64,000 bases of DNA from Podarcis filfolensis. Taxonomy: Eukaryota. Position 1 is the first letter of the stretch. The number at the start of each line of letters is the position of its first letter. The stretch is from assembly GCA_964270895.1 (NCBI GenBank), contig OZ185440.1, one strand, 5' to 3'. The position numbers and the translations under genes were made by a program. Below the pieces are notes generated by a model. It was not told the DNA's origin. It did no database searches and worked only from the letters and a program-made list of their open reading frames with translations. This document shows positions 39,458-51,782 of the stretch, one piece after another.

Positions 39458-40377
39458 CTGAAATTAAAAAGAAGACAAAGTCGAAGTTTTGACAGTACCA
39501 ACACCAGTCATTAGTTACAGACGTTATGCTAAAATAGACTTCTTGTATTAAGGATATACCTGAATATGGAATTATCAATTTTTCATTATTTTGCAACTCT
39601 ACATAATTATCTTGAGTTTGTACCAGATTTGGTATTCTATTTTTTAAGCATGTTTCAGATCAGGGTCCTGGCTGCAAGCGCAGGCCTTCATTTTTATTTT
39701 GGGCGGGGGAGAGGTGTAGGAAGAGAATCCATGAACCACCAAACAGGAATATGACATGGCCTTGATTAAAAACCAGTTTTATTCTGAATCGAGTTGAGAG
39801 AAATAATGCTAAATGCTATGGACATAAAAAAAAAAAATCAAGCTCCTTATAGTTCTTGTCAAGGGCTAAATTCAGATCATTTAAACTACAATCCAAATCC
39901 CAAGTGGGGAGCAGTAGAGCTTAAAAGGAGAAGCAGAGTCACCAGCAAAGCCTTGCCATTCACACTGGCTGGTGTGGAATGGGAAGAGGGAGCATGAAAG
40001 TTGCTATGGCAGAGCTGGTGCATCAATTGAGCCATCATGTGATGGTAGTGGAGTTGGCTCAGGGTCCAGCAGATCCAGGGTGAACCCAGCCCTTCCCCAA
40101 CCCAGTAACACTCCATTATGGAGCTCTCCACAGTCTGCCACCAACAGAGATCTTGCTGCTGGCCCCTTCCTCCAACTAGCACATTGAGTGGGAGGGATGG
40201 TTCTGAGGAGAGTATGGGAAAACGATAGACAATCCAACTCCCACCCCCAAAACCGGTCACAGAGGGGGTTTGAATTACAGTGTAACTCTATCCGCCCAAT
40301 GAGAAATGTTTACTACACCACTTCCTCGCAACTGTGGATCAAATGGAACTACATTGCTTGGGAAGGACAAACATGTA

Positions 40378-40619
40378 CAGTGGTACCTCTGGTTACGTAC
40401 TTAATTCGTTCTGGAGGTCCGTTCTTAACCTGAAACTGTTCTTAACCTGAAGCACCACTTTAGCTAATGGGGCCTCCTGCTGCTGCCGCGCTGCCACTGC
40501 ACAATTTCTGTTCTCATCCTGAAGCAAAGTTCTTAACCTGAGGTAATATTTCTGGGTTAGTGGAGTCTGTAACCTGAAGCATATTTAACCTGAAGCGTAT
40601 GTAACCCGAGGTACCACTG
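40378..40619. mobile_element. Tc1/mariner (Tigger-like) MITE, 242 bp
   Basis: 23-bp TIRs cagtggtacctctggttacgtac / cagtggtacctcgggttacatac (21/23), TA TSD at 40376-40377 and 40620-40621, internal repeated taacctgaa motif. Confidence 0.9.
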
Positions 40620-41044
40620 TAATGGACTTGGGATACCATGCTTTGAAAAATCTGCAAACTTCAGGAGCAACAGTGGTGCCTCCCCTTTTTTTAATGAAGT
40701 GCAAACATAGCACCACTAGCATCCACCTACAAGCAATTATGGCAATCTGAAGTGGCCTGTGTGGCATGGAGAATTTTACTTTGCCAATGCCACAGATTAA
40801 AAACACTGGAGGAAAGCAGAGGAGAGATAAAATGCTTCTTAGAACAAGAGTGAAAACTACAGGTGACCAACTCCTCATGCAATTGCATGCATGCTACATT
40901 TATACATTAGTTACAGAGAAAATGATCAAGTTAATCTGGTTTCCAGAACCTACTGGGGTGTGTGTGTGTTTTTCCCTCCACATGAAACAAACAAACAAAA
41001 AAAGGAATACAGCCTAGGGACCTAACATCAAGAAGGAGAGTTAC

Positions 41045-41265
41045 CATTTTCAACTTCTCGTTTCAGATTATCCAACATGCAGTCATAATGTACCCTACAG
41101 AGGACTTTCTCTTCCACCAAAGCAAACTCCTCCCCTGTGGAAAGCTGCCTTTTGCAGGAGAAGCAGGCAAAGCATGCCAGGTGATACACATTTCCCTTAG
41201 CTCTTCGGACCCAGTCAGTGGAATGGATATGCCTGCCGCAGCGAGAACAACGAGTTCCATACCGT
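41045..41265 (-). CDS. LHX8: LHX8 coding exon 5 (LIM2 domain)
   Basis: [73 protein letters not shown]; cag/GTAACT boundaries. Confidence 0.98.
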
Positions 41266-42178
41266 CTGTAACAAAAGAAGGGAAGAGAAAATAGCAGCCA
41301 TTCATCATACAACTGCCACTCAAGTTAAATTATGAAGCTACATTACGGGTATTATGAAGTTCATCATAAATGCTACTAGTCTCATTGAAAGCTGGGATTT
41401 GCTTAAGTTCCACTCAACTGCTTCAGAAAAAAAGGAGGATTGCCTGACTTTGCAATTAGTGTTTGAACTTTTGAGATGACGTTCCCTTATGTATTCTTGT
41501 GGGAACAGAGATCTCATAAGGACAAGTCATACCGCTTTGAGGCAAGTCAGCCCAGGAGCCCTGTTATGTCATACACATGGTGTTACGCGAGATTATATCT
41601 TGATGCAGCAGGGGTATCTTTTTAAAAAATTGTGTTTAATACTTGCTATCCAAGTCAGAAAGGTGTTGAGTCAGGCAGTACCCTACACCTTTTTATTCTA
41701 TAGCTTTCTTTTAAAAAGGTATAGGATATTCCTCCTTACTCCATACATATATTACCACTCTGTGTCCGGGAGATGATAATTTATTACCATTAAGAAAAAT
41801 AGGAGGGCAACTAATGTTTAATACACAAAACTTTGTGCAATAAAAAGCCCAGCACAAAAGCAGCAATAAAACTACAAAATAAGTGCATCATAACTCAGAA
41901 GGAACAGTCCATATAGCTAGGCAACACCATGGAAAGTTTTTTCAGCAGTCGGCTTAGACAAGTAACCAAAAGAATGTGATATTCTTGTGAAGTGGATAGA
42001 TACCTCTGGGCTAAGTTCTAAGAGTCAGTAGAACCATCAAGGCCTACTTTGCTCCATCAAACTCAACTATGAAAAAAAAAACAGAGGGAAGCCATAGTAG
42101 CGTTTCCCCTCTTTAGCTCAGGCAATGGAGGAAAATATGCAGAGAACAGCTGCTCTTTCAGGTACAAAGAGCCTAGGC

Positions 42179-42429
42179 CAGAGGTCGGCAATGTGCGGCC
42201 CACACTGGCTGTTTAACTGGCCCACGATCCACCCCAGAACTGAGCTGCCCTCTTGGCGAGTCCTGGAGCACTGTGCTAAACCAGCGTAGCGCGGTGTGGG
42301 GACTCACTTCTGCAGCACCGGAAATCATGTCTGCGCACACGCAGATGCCGGAAATCGCAGGCGAGAACCCAGCCCATGGAGGGTTCTCTGAAGGACTGAT
42401 CCAGCCCAGGCAAGGTAAACCGACCCCTG
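42179..42429. mobile_element. hAT MITE, 251 bp, with perfect 8-bp TSD
   Basis: TIRs cagaggtcggc / caggggtcggt; identical TSD GCCTAGGC at 42171-42178 and 42430-42437. Confidence 0.9.
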
Positions 42430-42724
42430 GCCTAGGCCATTTAGGGCATTAAAGAGGTAAAAAGCGGGGGGGATGGGACGTTTGCAATACAGGCTGCATT
42501 CACATGGGGGTTCATTCCATTTTAATGACTATTAAGTTCCATATTATATTTGCATTTTCACACATAAGCCGCTTATGGAACTATGGTGGAAAATAGTGCA
42601 AGCTGTGTGCTCATTTCTGCGTTATTGGCTTTTGGGGGCAGGGGGACGATCTGTTTATAAAAAAAACATGGAAATGAGGACACTATACTCCACTATAGTT
42701 CCAGTTGTGTGAAAGCTAAATAAA

Positions 42725-42738
42725 TAGTAGTAGTAGTA

Positions 42739-42783
<45 letters not shown>
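42725..42783 (+). repeat. (TAG)n(TAA)n compound microsatellite, probably the tail of the adjacent L2 fragment
   Basis: tagtagtagtagtagtaataataat...aataa directly abutting the 3' end of the - strand L2 fragment. Confidence 0.9.
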
Positions 42784-42786
<3 letters not shown>

Positions 42787-42976
42787 TATTTATACCCTGC
42801 GTTTCCCCAGCCACTCTGGGTGGCTCCCAAGAGATTAAAAACAGAATAAAATATCAAACATTAAAAGCTTCCCTAAACAGGGCTGCTTTCAGATAAAAGT
42901 CAGATAGTTGTTTATTTCCTCGACATCTGATGGGAAGGCGTTCCACAGGGTGGGCACCACCACTGAGAAGGCCCTC
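42784..42976 (-). mobile_element. L2 LINE 3' fragment
   Basis: Reverse complement matches the + strand copy at 48803-49147 (gagggccttct...gtggtgcccaccctgtggaacgccttccc.cagatgtc...gcagccctgtttagggaagcttttaatg). Confidence 0.8.
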
Positions 42977-42995
42977 AAATGTAATTTGGAAATTA

Positions 42996-43346
42996 CCGCA
43001 TTTTTCGCCCTACAGGATGCACTTTTCCCCCTCCAAAAATGAAGGGGAAATGTGTGTGTGTCCTATGGGGCGAATGCAGGCTTTCGCTGAAGCCTGGAGA
43101 GCGAGAGGGGTCGGTGCGCACCGACCCCTCTCGTTCTCCAGGCTTCAGGAAGCTATCCGCAAGCCTTGGGAGCCCGCGGGAGTTCCCGCCGGGCTCCCTA
43201 GGCTTGTGGATAGCAGCCTGTTCTGGGGGCTGGGGTTGGGGGAAGCTTGGGCTTCCACCGTCCCAGCCCCGTGTCTGGGGGGAAATAATTTTTTTTATTT
43301 CCCCCCCCAAAAAAACTAGGTGCGCCCTATAGGGCGAAAAATACGG
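42996..43346. mobile_element. Tc1/mariner (Tigger-like) MITE, 351 bp, with three internal hairpins
   Basis: 20-bp TIRs ccgcatttttcgccctacag / ccgtatttttcgccctatag (18/20), TA TSD at 42994-42995 and 43347-43348; internal palindromes at 43087-43148, 43152-43214 and about 43227-43270. Confidence 0.88.
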
Positions 43347-44164
43347 TAACAGTTAGGTGAATGTTGTGAAAGCAGACAGCAGAATTCTGCACCAAATGAA
43401 TCCCCAAGTAGAGTGCATTGCAGTAATCCAAATGAATTGTTAGTAAAGCATTATAATGGCAGGAGTCTGACTAGAGCCATTTTACTACAATATTTTTCTG
43501 CTGTTTAGACACTATTCCCCCTCCATCGTTGGCACTGAAACAGAAGGACAAATGAGCTGAGAATGGGAAGATTTTGAGAATTAATTCTATTACTCTCACC
43601 AGTGTACAAAACAATGTCAAAAAATCAGTGCAAGTGAGCACTTGGTGTATTTCTGAAGAGCACCTCCCAGTTTCACATCTGTAGATTTCATGGATCTGAT
43701 AGTCAGTTTTAAAAACTGTTTCCAAGTTCTTTCTCCTGACTTTTCAACAGACATATTAGGTGTTATTCAGGATGAAAGGCCAGGTACTTTTATTACAGTC
43801 AGAAACCCCAAGCACTTTAGATAACAAAGGGTGAGTTTCTCCTTACACCTTCAATGGCAGTAGCTTACTCTACCAGCAAAGTATTTCCATGTTTTATCTT
43901 GGTCTGCAAAGAAGAAACGGGAGTAGTTTACTCCCCAAAGTGTTGGCATGCAACAGAAATACTTTCCTTCTGGAGGAAACAATTGCAGTTTGCGAGAGTA
44001 GATGGAAACAGGAAGATGGCAGCAGGGCTTAATCGAAAACATTTTTTGAAGTTATAATATTGAGATTGATTTCATCAGATTGCAAGTAATTCCAGATAAC
44101 TACACTCTTCCAGCCATGCTCTATCCCAGACCACCCCATGACACTGTTTGTTGGTGCGTGCATA

Positions 44165-44187
44165 TCTATCTATCTATCTATCTATCT
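44165..44187 (+). repeat. (TCTA)n microsatellite
   Basis: tctatctatctatctatctatct. Confidence 0.85.
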
Positions 44188-45068
44188 AACAGATCTTCTG
44201 CAGCAATTCTTTCAATCAGGATATATGCAAGTGACATTAAGCACTTTGTTAGCTCAATGGGAGAAATAGGCTACAATCCTTTAATTGAGTTCCATTTAAA
44301 AGTGAGTTCCATTTAAAATACATAGGATATGCATAAGATTCTGCTGTTAGATGGACTGGAAAATACTCAGCTTTGAGTATGGTCCAGCCTGTGGTCCGCT
44401 TCTTGTATACCTACTTTGAGTTATGCAATCCTTAAATTAAGAAGGGGAACTGTTCCTAAAAAGATTTATTTGGTTTCCCAATTTCTGGCATGAATGCTGC
44501 AGGTTTTGCTTGTTTTGTGAAGGGCCATATTTTTTCAGATTTTTTAAATAACTAAAAATAAACATTTTTCAATTAAAAAAAAATTAAGAGGACGACAAGA
44601 TGGAGAGGGAATGGTTCAAGAGCAGCTACCCAGAAAGTAGCCTAATAATGGCTACCAAATGACACTAAAGCAGGGATGGGGAACCTGTGTCCTTTTTGGG
44701 TATCGTTGGGCTCAACTTCCAACAGTTTTTGCCAGCTCAGCCAATAGTGTGTTTCAGTCATGAGCACTGCTGTGCAAATAAGCCCTCTTTGTACTAGGAT
44801 GTGTCCATGCACATAAAACACAAAAATTCATGGGTCTACTGTCATAATCTTAGTATTTTGTAATTACAAGATACCACCTGCCCTATAAGAGGAAAGAAGA
44901 GCGATGGAGGGAGGCAAACAACATCAGGTCGTGCTCCAGTTGACTGACCCCCTCCAATAGGGACAGTTTTACATTTCATAGTTTCATATTATAAACCACA
45001 TAGAATGCTTTGACAGAAAGTTGATGCATACATGCAATAAACACATACGTAAATAAAGCATAGTATAC

Positions 45069-45190
45069 CTGAAATAGTCTAGTTTGCAGAAAACGTCTTT
45101 GTCTTTGATATAGCAGCTGGTGTGTCTTCCCAAAGAAGTCCTACATACACTGCAAGAGAGACACCGCACATGCCAGCACAAGTCATTTAC
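45069..45190 (-). CDS. LHX8: LHX8 coding exon 4 (LIM1 domain, second half)
   Basis: [40 protein letters not shown](R); tag/GTATAC boundaries. Confidence 0.98.
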
Positions 45191-46641
45191 CTATGAAAGG
45201 AGAAAGAAATTTTACATTCGGTAGCAGTGATTTAAGCAAACTATATAAACAGGGCTTGAAGAAATAAAGTTCACAGTAATACTTAGGACTCTCAAGTGTG
45301 AGAATCCACAGAGCTAAAAAACAATCACAAATGGAATTTCTAATACTACTACTAGTAATAATAATAATAATAATAATTTTACACCCAAGAGGGGCACAAT
45401 TCATCGAGAAGTTATCCACTACAAGCCCTACTGACACAAATGAGTCATGCCAGAGCTCTGTTTAATGCAAGGAAGAAAAGCCACTTGTGGAAATCCAGAA
45501 ACAGCTTCTCTCCCCAGAGGGACTGTGCATCTACAGTGACCGAACAGAACAGCACAAAAGCATCTTAAGGGAGAACTGTTTTGCTCCTGGTATTCCCCAA
45601 TTTTATTCGAGGGGGTGGTTCTGTTGATTTTCCAGTCCTGCTCACACAATTCACCTGAATAAATAAGTTAGCAGCAATGGGTTATTTATTTTCATGCAAA
45701 TGAGCAATAAGTATTCGTAAGTCAGCATGGGCATAAAAGACTTGAGGCAGAGGCCAAACATACAAATTCTGATTTAAATGTAAAGATGTGATTTTAAGGT
45801 ACCTTTCAGAAGGAAACACACAAACTAGCTCCTGCTCTCAGGGTTTAATTTGCCTCTGGGAGAATTAAGACTGCAAGTGGCTGGAGTCTCACTGGTAATT
45901 TACCTTTGCTTACATAGCAAACAGATATACTGCAAAGTAATAAAACAAGCTTCTAAAAGGTAGAGAAGGGGCAAGTATTCTGGAGGGTGAAGCTCCCATA
46001 GGCCTCCTCCAACACCACCCCTGCTGGTCAGGCTATAACAAGGGTGACAGAATAAAAATATAAAGGTGTAGCCTTTACTTGAACAATTTTCAACGACATA
46101 TCACACGAAAATGAGCTAGCACAAACATGCCCCAAGTCAAAAGCTAGTCAAGACTTTGGACACAGGTTTATATTCAAGTTATTCAAGTTATTCTAGCCTT
46201 TAGAATAAGTGTTTGTGTAAGCTTTAACAGAACATTATGGGAAGAGGGCAACATAGCACGGATGACTATGGAGCTGTTTAATCCAGAAAGGCAGTATTAG
46301 CTGACACCATATCACCTTGAACTGCACTTAAGGGGTGAAGTTGCCCTGCAGAGCTTACCATTTAAAGCATGAGAAAGTGAAACACTTATTCAGCTGCTTG
46401 CTTATTATGAAACTTACCATGGATCATTCACAACCGTAGTGGAAGTTAGCTTGCTTGGCTACATTAAATGATGGAGTTGATGAATGATCCATGCTCTCAA
46501 ACCAAACAACCGATGTGCAATTGTTGTAGTTTATCACATAGCAAACTATATCCTAGCTGCATTTATTACTTGTGCTGACAAGGTAATAGACACAATCAGA
46601 GTGAATTGTGTGAACAGACATGCTTTAATCCTCTGCTAGAT

Positions 46642-47272
46642 CAGTGGCTCCCAAACTTTGCCCCATTGCTTTCTTCAACTCATCCCCAGTGCCCTCTATA
46701 GCCTATCTTATAAAAAGCATTATTCAAAACAGTGGTTTGCACAACCCACCAAAGATGATAACACAGTAAAACTCAAAACAGTAGTAATTTTATATTTATT
46801 CTGAAAATATAAAAAATGAATTCATAAACTCTAAGCTTGTAATTTAAAGAATATATAGCAAACAATATTGCATGAACCTTTTTTATTGCATTATTAATAA
46901 AAACAAAAGGGTGAATGAAATCTATAGCCTAAAATATTTATATGTAGCTACTTACCAAACAAACACAAACTTTCACCTACCACAGATATACAGTAAGAGA
47001 ATCAGTTACCTATTACCAATGATTGGGTACCTTGCAACAATTCAGAATTGCAAATAAAAACAAATGTGACCAAAGGAAATGGCTTTGAAAATGATAAGAG
47101 CAATAAAACATGAAATACCAAGGTGGTGTTTTTTTGCTCTAGTGCTCTAGCCAGGCCTTTGTAAAGAAGCAATCAAAGGCTTTGGAGTGGCATAACGCCA
47201 GCACCCACCCTCACCCCACGCCTCTTAGTCCCGTCCTCCCCGGGGAGATACCATCCACTTGGTGAACCACTG
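46642..47272. mobile_element. Old non-autonomous hAT element, 631 bp
   Basis: Termini cagtggctcccaaact / (rc) cagtggttcaccaagt; 8-bp flanks tgctagat / tactaagt (5/8). Confidence 0.5.
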
Positions 47273-48084
47273 TACTAAGTTTTAATAGCAAGAATAAAGT
47301 TTTCAGAAAATTTGTAGCTCAATTGATTGTCACTTGGCGATTTGGTAATAACCCAAGATGCAGAACACTAAATAGATATATTAGTTTTCCACTAAGCCAT
47401 TTCAAAAATGCCAACAGCCTTACTAAAGAAACGCTATGAAACAAGAATTTAACGTTTGATAAAGTTAGAGGTGTGATCAAATCAGTGAAGTCAGATGCTG
47501 AAGGAAAACTAATAGTCCTTGATGGTAATTCATCACTGTATTGGTTTAAAAAATGAATTTTTAAAGTTCTCTGTTGTTTAAGGTGCAGTGTTGTAACTGA
47601 AAGTTTGGAGTTTTGAATACAGTTTTGAACTACCTTTGATCACATAACAGTCACGTAACTGACTTACCATGACCTTCTGAAATGAGCACGATGTACACAA
47701 AAGATACATAAACAACATTGCCTAAGCCTTGAAACAGCATAAACAATCCTACCAACTGCGATTGAACCCTGCTTGCAGAGTTTACCATTGTCGATTGTCA
47801 GTGGTATTTGCTGTAACTGTATAAACATATTCCCCACGCTAGAAGAATTTACCAGTAAGCTACAATGCAACACTCCTGTGTTTGTTTCTTCAATAATGGG
47901 AAGAGGGAAAGAGTAATTGCCACATTGTTGTCCACGAGTTGGAAACAAAGTCACATCAGTGAAAAAGATTAACTACCTAATTCACAAACAAGCATCATTC
48001 TCTCTCTCTGACTTCACCACCAGTGCTAGGAGCAGCAGTACGGAGGGCTACGGAACATGTTCATAACAACTGAAGTCAAAGAAG

Positions 48085-48440
48085 CACAGAGCTTCAAGGG
48101 TCCCCGAAATCATCTGCTCCAACTTCCCAATGCCTCCAATGAAGAAGAGTCCATCAGCTCCCAAGGAACCATGCTACAGCGCTGAACAGCTCGAGAGGTT
48201 TCTTCTAATGCTGTACAATTGCAATTTCACTCCGTCTTGCACAACAGCCTCACGTCTCCCATTAATAGTCTTTCTTCTAGGGCGGCTAAACACAACCAGC
48301 TCTTTCAACCATTCCTCATAGGATTCGGTATCTAGACCCACTTTGATATATGGATTGCTCTCCTCCGAGCACCCTCCAGCTTGGACCTCTTGATGTGCGG
48401 CACCCACAACTGGACACAGAACTCCAGATGCAGCCTAATC
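48085..48440 (-). mobile_element. CR1 LINE 3' fragment
   Basis: Minus-strand translation YEEWLKELVVFSRPRRKTING resembles CR1 ORF2 YEERLKELGLFSLEKRRLRG; 3' end ttggagcagatgatttcggggaccctt resembles the CR1 tail. Confidence 0.75.
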
Positions 48441-48595
48441 ATCACAAGTTTGATCTGCAGCATAAACAATTAATAGTCCTATGTAGTATTACCACTTTAT
48501 CCTTGCAGTCTGCATCATGTTACTTTTTAATCAGCAGTTGGAAACATTTTTGGGGACCTCAAGCTGTTTTATGCTAAGGGTTCACTCTTCATTCA

Positions 48596-48800
48596 AGTGT
48601 TTGACTATGATCTGGAAGACTAGGATTTTAATCCCCACTTGGTCATGAAGCTCACTAGGTGGCCCTGTGCCAATCACAAACTCTCAGCCTAACCTACCTC
48701 ACAGGATTGTTGTGAGAGAGAAAAGGAAGGGGGGGAGAATCATATACATGAGCTTGAGCTCCTTGGAGAAAAGGTGGGGTCCAAATGTTGTAGTAGTAGC
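48596..48800 (+). mobile_element. CORE/MIR-like squamate SINE
   Basis: gactatgatctggaagactaggattttaatccccac...ctctcagcctaacctacctcacaggattgttgtgag...gagctccttggagaaaaggtgggg, a recurrent squamate SINE body; exact family not assigned. Confidence 0.65.
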
Positions 48801-48802
48801 AG

Positions 48803-49147
48803 CCGCCTCAGTCCAGTATATCTGAAGGAGCGTCTCCATCCCCATCGTTCTGCCTGGACACTGAGGTCCAGCGCTGAGGGCCTTCTGGCGATTCCCTCAC
48901 TGCGAGAAGCCAAGTTACAGGAAACCAGACAGAGGGCCTTCTTGGTAGTGGCACCCGTCCTTTGGAACACCCTCCCACCAGATGTCAAAGAGAACAACTA
49001 CTACCAGACTTTTGGAAGACATCTGAAGGCAGCCCTGTTTAGAGAAGCTTTTAATGTATGATGCATTATTGGATTTTTATTATTTTGTTGGAAGCCATCC
49101 AGAGTGGCTGGGGAAGCCCAGCCAGATTGGTGGGGTATAAATATTAT
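48803..49147 (+). mobile_element. L2 LINE 3' fragment with ORF2 C-terminus
   Basis: PVYLKERLHPHRSAWTLRSS...RQRAFLVVAPVLWNTLPPDVK...FGRHLKAALFREAF fits the L2-clade RAFSxxAPxLWNxLP...FKxxLKTxLF motif; homologous copy at 42784-42976. Confidence 0.85.
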
Positions 49148-49225
49148 AGCAAACAGGAACAGTGGTCAGGGATGATGGGAGTTGTAGTCCCAAAACATCT
49201 GGAGGGCCGAGTTTGCCTATGCCTG
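49148..49225. mobile_element. Half of a small palindromic hAT MITE
   Basis: cagtggtcagggatgatgggagttgtagtcccaaaacatctggagggccgagtttgcctatgcctg, ending in a hAT-like TIR (rc caggcataggcaaac). Confidence 0.7.
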
Positions 49226-50959
49226 TGTTATACCAAACTTTAGATGACAAATATCCACTCCCATATTCTGTGTGCAGATATACTGCAACGCTCACACACA
49301 ATAATTTCCCCAATGTACCATGTTGGCAAGATAAACCCAAAAATTATCTTTAAAATCTTGTTTCATGCCTGCTTCCTAAATTCCTACATTAGCTGCCAGG
49401 CAATCACAGAACTTCTGGCAAACAAAAAAGGAAGAAAGAAAAAGATACAGACTAATCTCCTTTCAAATACAGAAGCCAGCAGTTGCACCTCCATAAGCCC
49501 ATCCATATAATATTACAATTATAATCAAATATTAAGTAAGAATATCAAATGTAATTTCAGGTTGGGTTGGGGTTTTTTTGTGTGGGTTTTTTTTTTTTAG
49601 GTGCCAGAAATTAAAAGCACCACAAGAAAATACATATGTAATTGAGATTCGTTTTCTGCGCTGGTGGTTATGATCACTGGGGATTTCAGAAATAGTGTTT
49701 CTTCATCCAAATTTTGAAAACTGGTAATTTACTTTTATGTCTCCAGCAAGCTTAAAGCAATGGAACACATTTATTCCTAATACTGCAAGTGCAATCTATT
49801 TTGAACACACAACCTCCTTAGATTATCTGGCCAGGTCAGATGAATAATTTAAATTTTATATTCAGCCAGGAGAAGACCTTTTACTAAGGCACCATTTCAT
49901 GAACCAAACAGCAAGATAAAATATATGCATTCTACAACAAGTGACTCTGCATTATGCTTCCAGATTTGTTTATATTTAACTTTCCACTTCAGATTTTAAA
50001 AGTATGGATGCTATTGAATACTTCAATTCTACACACATTAACCTGAGAATAAGTCCTATTGCAGCCAATGAAGTAAGCTCCTAGGTAGACATTTATTGTA
50101 TTGTGTTTGTAAAGTGGTATTTAAGACACTTCAGGAGTGAGCAGGGAAAAATTAAGCTATTTCCTAGTTTCAGCATGGCCCAGATTTGGAGCCTCTTACA
50201 GAAATCTACTGACAAACTCAAGACAGTCTAATGATTGTGAAATCCAAATTATCTGGCTTTTTACAACAAAACCAGACTTCAGTTTTGATTAGTGCCTACT
50301 AACCCATGATCTAGTGCACATATGACATTTATAAGCCGAAGAGGAAACTTCACTTGAGTAAGGCAGCTTTTAAAACCTGCAACATAATTCTGAGTTTGAA
50401 TTTGTCAAAACAGTGGCCCTGTTTTGTAGCAAATATGTGCACTAAACAAATGATCCTAAATATAACACCAAAGGTTAAGAGTAGCCCAGTAGTCAAGGAA
50501 ACAAATTGTGACTGCAAAGAAATAGTGTTGCAAATTCAGTGAGCAAATCTCCTTAAATCTGTAGTGATTTCAGCTTTTAGATTTCTTAAATATCCAAGTA
50601 AAGTGAAACAAGTTACTTCATTTCTAGGAGGAGGGTGGGAAACCTCTGCAAAGGCCCATAGCATTTTCTAGCAGTACTTTTTGAAAGTGTTTTCCTGCAA
50701 AAGAGCTTTTAAAAAAACAAACTCGTTCAAAAGGTACTATTGACCCAAGAAGCGTGCGTTTTAAGTAACTTTTGATCACCTGCTGGAAAGCACAATCTCT
50801 CCCCGTCCCGAGTGTCTATCAGGAGGTGATCCTTTCAGGAGAGCAAAAAATCTGGGATCCTGGCGGACAGATTTTGCCTTCCTTGAAGCCCCAACTGTGA
50901 GCTCGAAGCCCATTCATTTCCCGCTCCAAGGCCCAGACTTGCAAGGCCCTCCAACTCAC

Positions 50960-51127
50960 CTTCAGAAGGTACTTGTCGATTATCTCCTGGCCGCAGCTGC
51001 TGCAGATGCACTTGCTGGGCGCGCATCCGCCCGGGCCCGAATTCAGCGAGCGCGGAGAAGACGAAGAAGGCGAGAGCGGGGTGGACGGCGAGCACGAATC
51101 CTCGTCTCCGGCAACCTCGGGGCTCAC
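50960..51127 (-). CDS. LHX8: LHX8 coding exon 3 (Ser-rich region and LIM1 first half)
   Basis: VSPEVAGDEDSCSPSTPLSPSSSSPRSLNSGPGGCAPSKCICSSCGQEIIDKYLLK; cag/GTGAGT boundaries; 56 codons. Confidence 0.97.
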
Positions 51128-51680
51128 CTGCACACGGACACGAGCGGATTAATACACACGGGCCTGCGACCCCTCCCCACGGGCCTGTTTCCCTCAGGAG
51201 CCTCTCCGAGGTAACTATCGTCCTCTCCCCGCCGCCCAGTCATTAGATCCAGCTGCCATGGCGAGCGCTCCCTCAAACCAGCCGCCTCAGCCCAGGTTCC
51301 CCGTCAATACTATTGATAAAATAACCGATAATAGTGAGAGGAGCTCCCCCACAGTTCCTACTGCGGTTGAATATTCTCTGCCTGGCGCCCTTCGTGTTTG
51401 TGCCCCTTCGCCCTCACAAATCTCCCTCAGAAGAAAACCCAACCCGACCTGAAGGCCTACCCAGTGAGTGCCCTGACTGGGTCGGGGCAGGTGGGAGAGA
51501 CTGCGAAGCCACGCGCCCGCCTGGCCGCCCGCTAATGCCCCGTTCCCGCCTTTCTCGCGCTGCCCACACACAGAGTCCCCTGTAGCCTCAGACACGCCGT
51601 CTCTCCTTCAGCTCCCTTCACGGACTAGGAGGAAAGTCCGTTTCTCGTCGCTCCATCCCACCCGCGTCTCGCCGACTTAC

Positions 51681-51782
51681 CAGCCCCGTCTCTCCCGCGC
51701 TTTTCCGTCTTCTCCCAGTCGCGGTCGCCGCCGCCGCTGCTACTGCTACTCGCCCACACTCCTCAGCCATGAGCCTCGGGAA
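51681..51782 (-). CDS. LHX8: LHX8 coding exon 2
   Basis: ttctttcttcgcag acceptor; FPRLMAEECGRVAVAAAAATATGRRRKSAGETGL; donor GTAAGT; internal ATG at 51770 corresponds to mammalian MSEECGR, a possible alternative start. Confidence 0.93.

Noticed and set aside
47660-47820. Perfect - strand donor ATG|GTAAGT at 47667 as a cryptic LHX8 exon
   Set aside because: Only a weak acceptor nearby (about 47817), and the known LHX8 reading frame is complete without it.
48774-49061. 95-aa ORF as a host gene
   Set aside because: It is the C-terminus of an L2 LINE ORF2.
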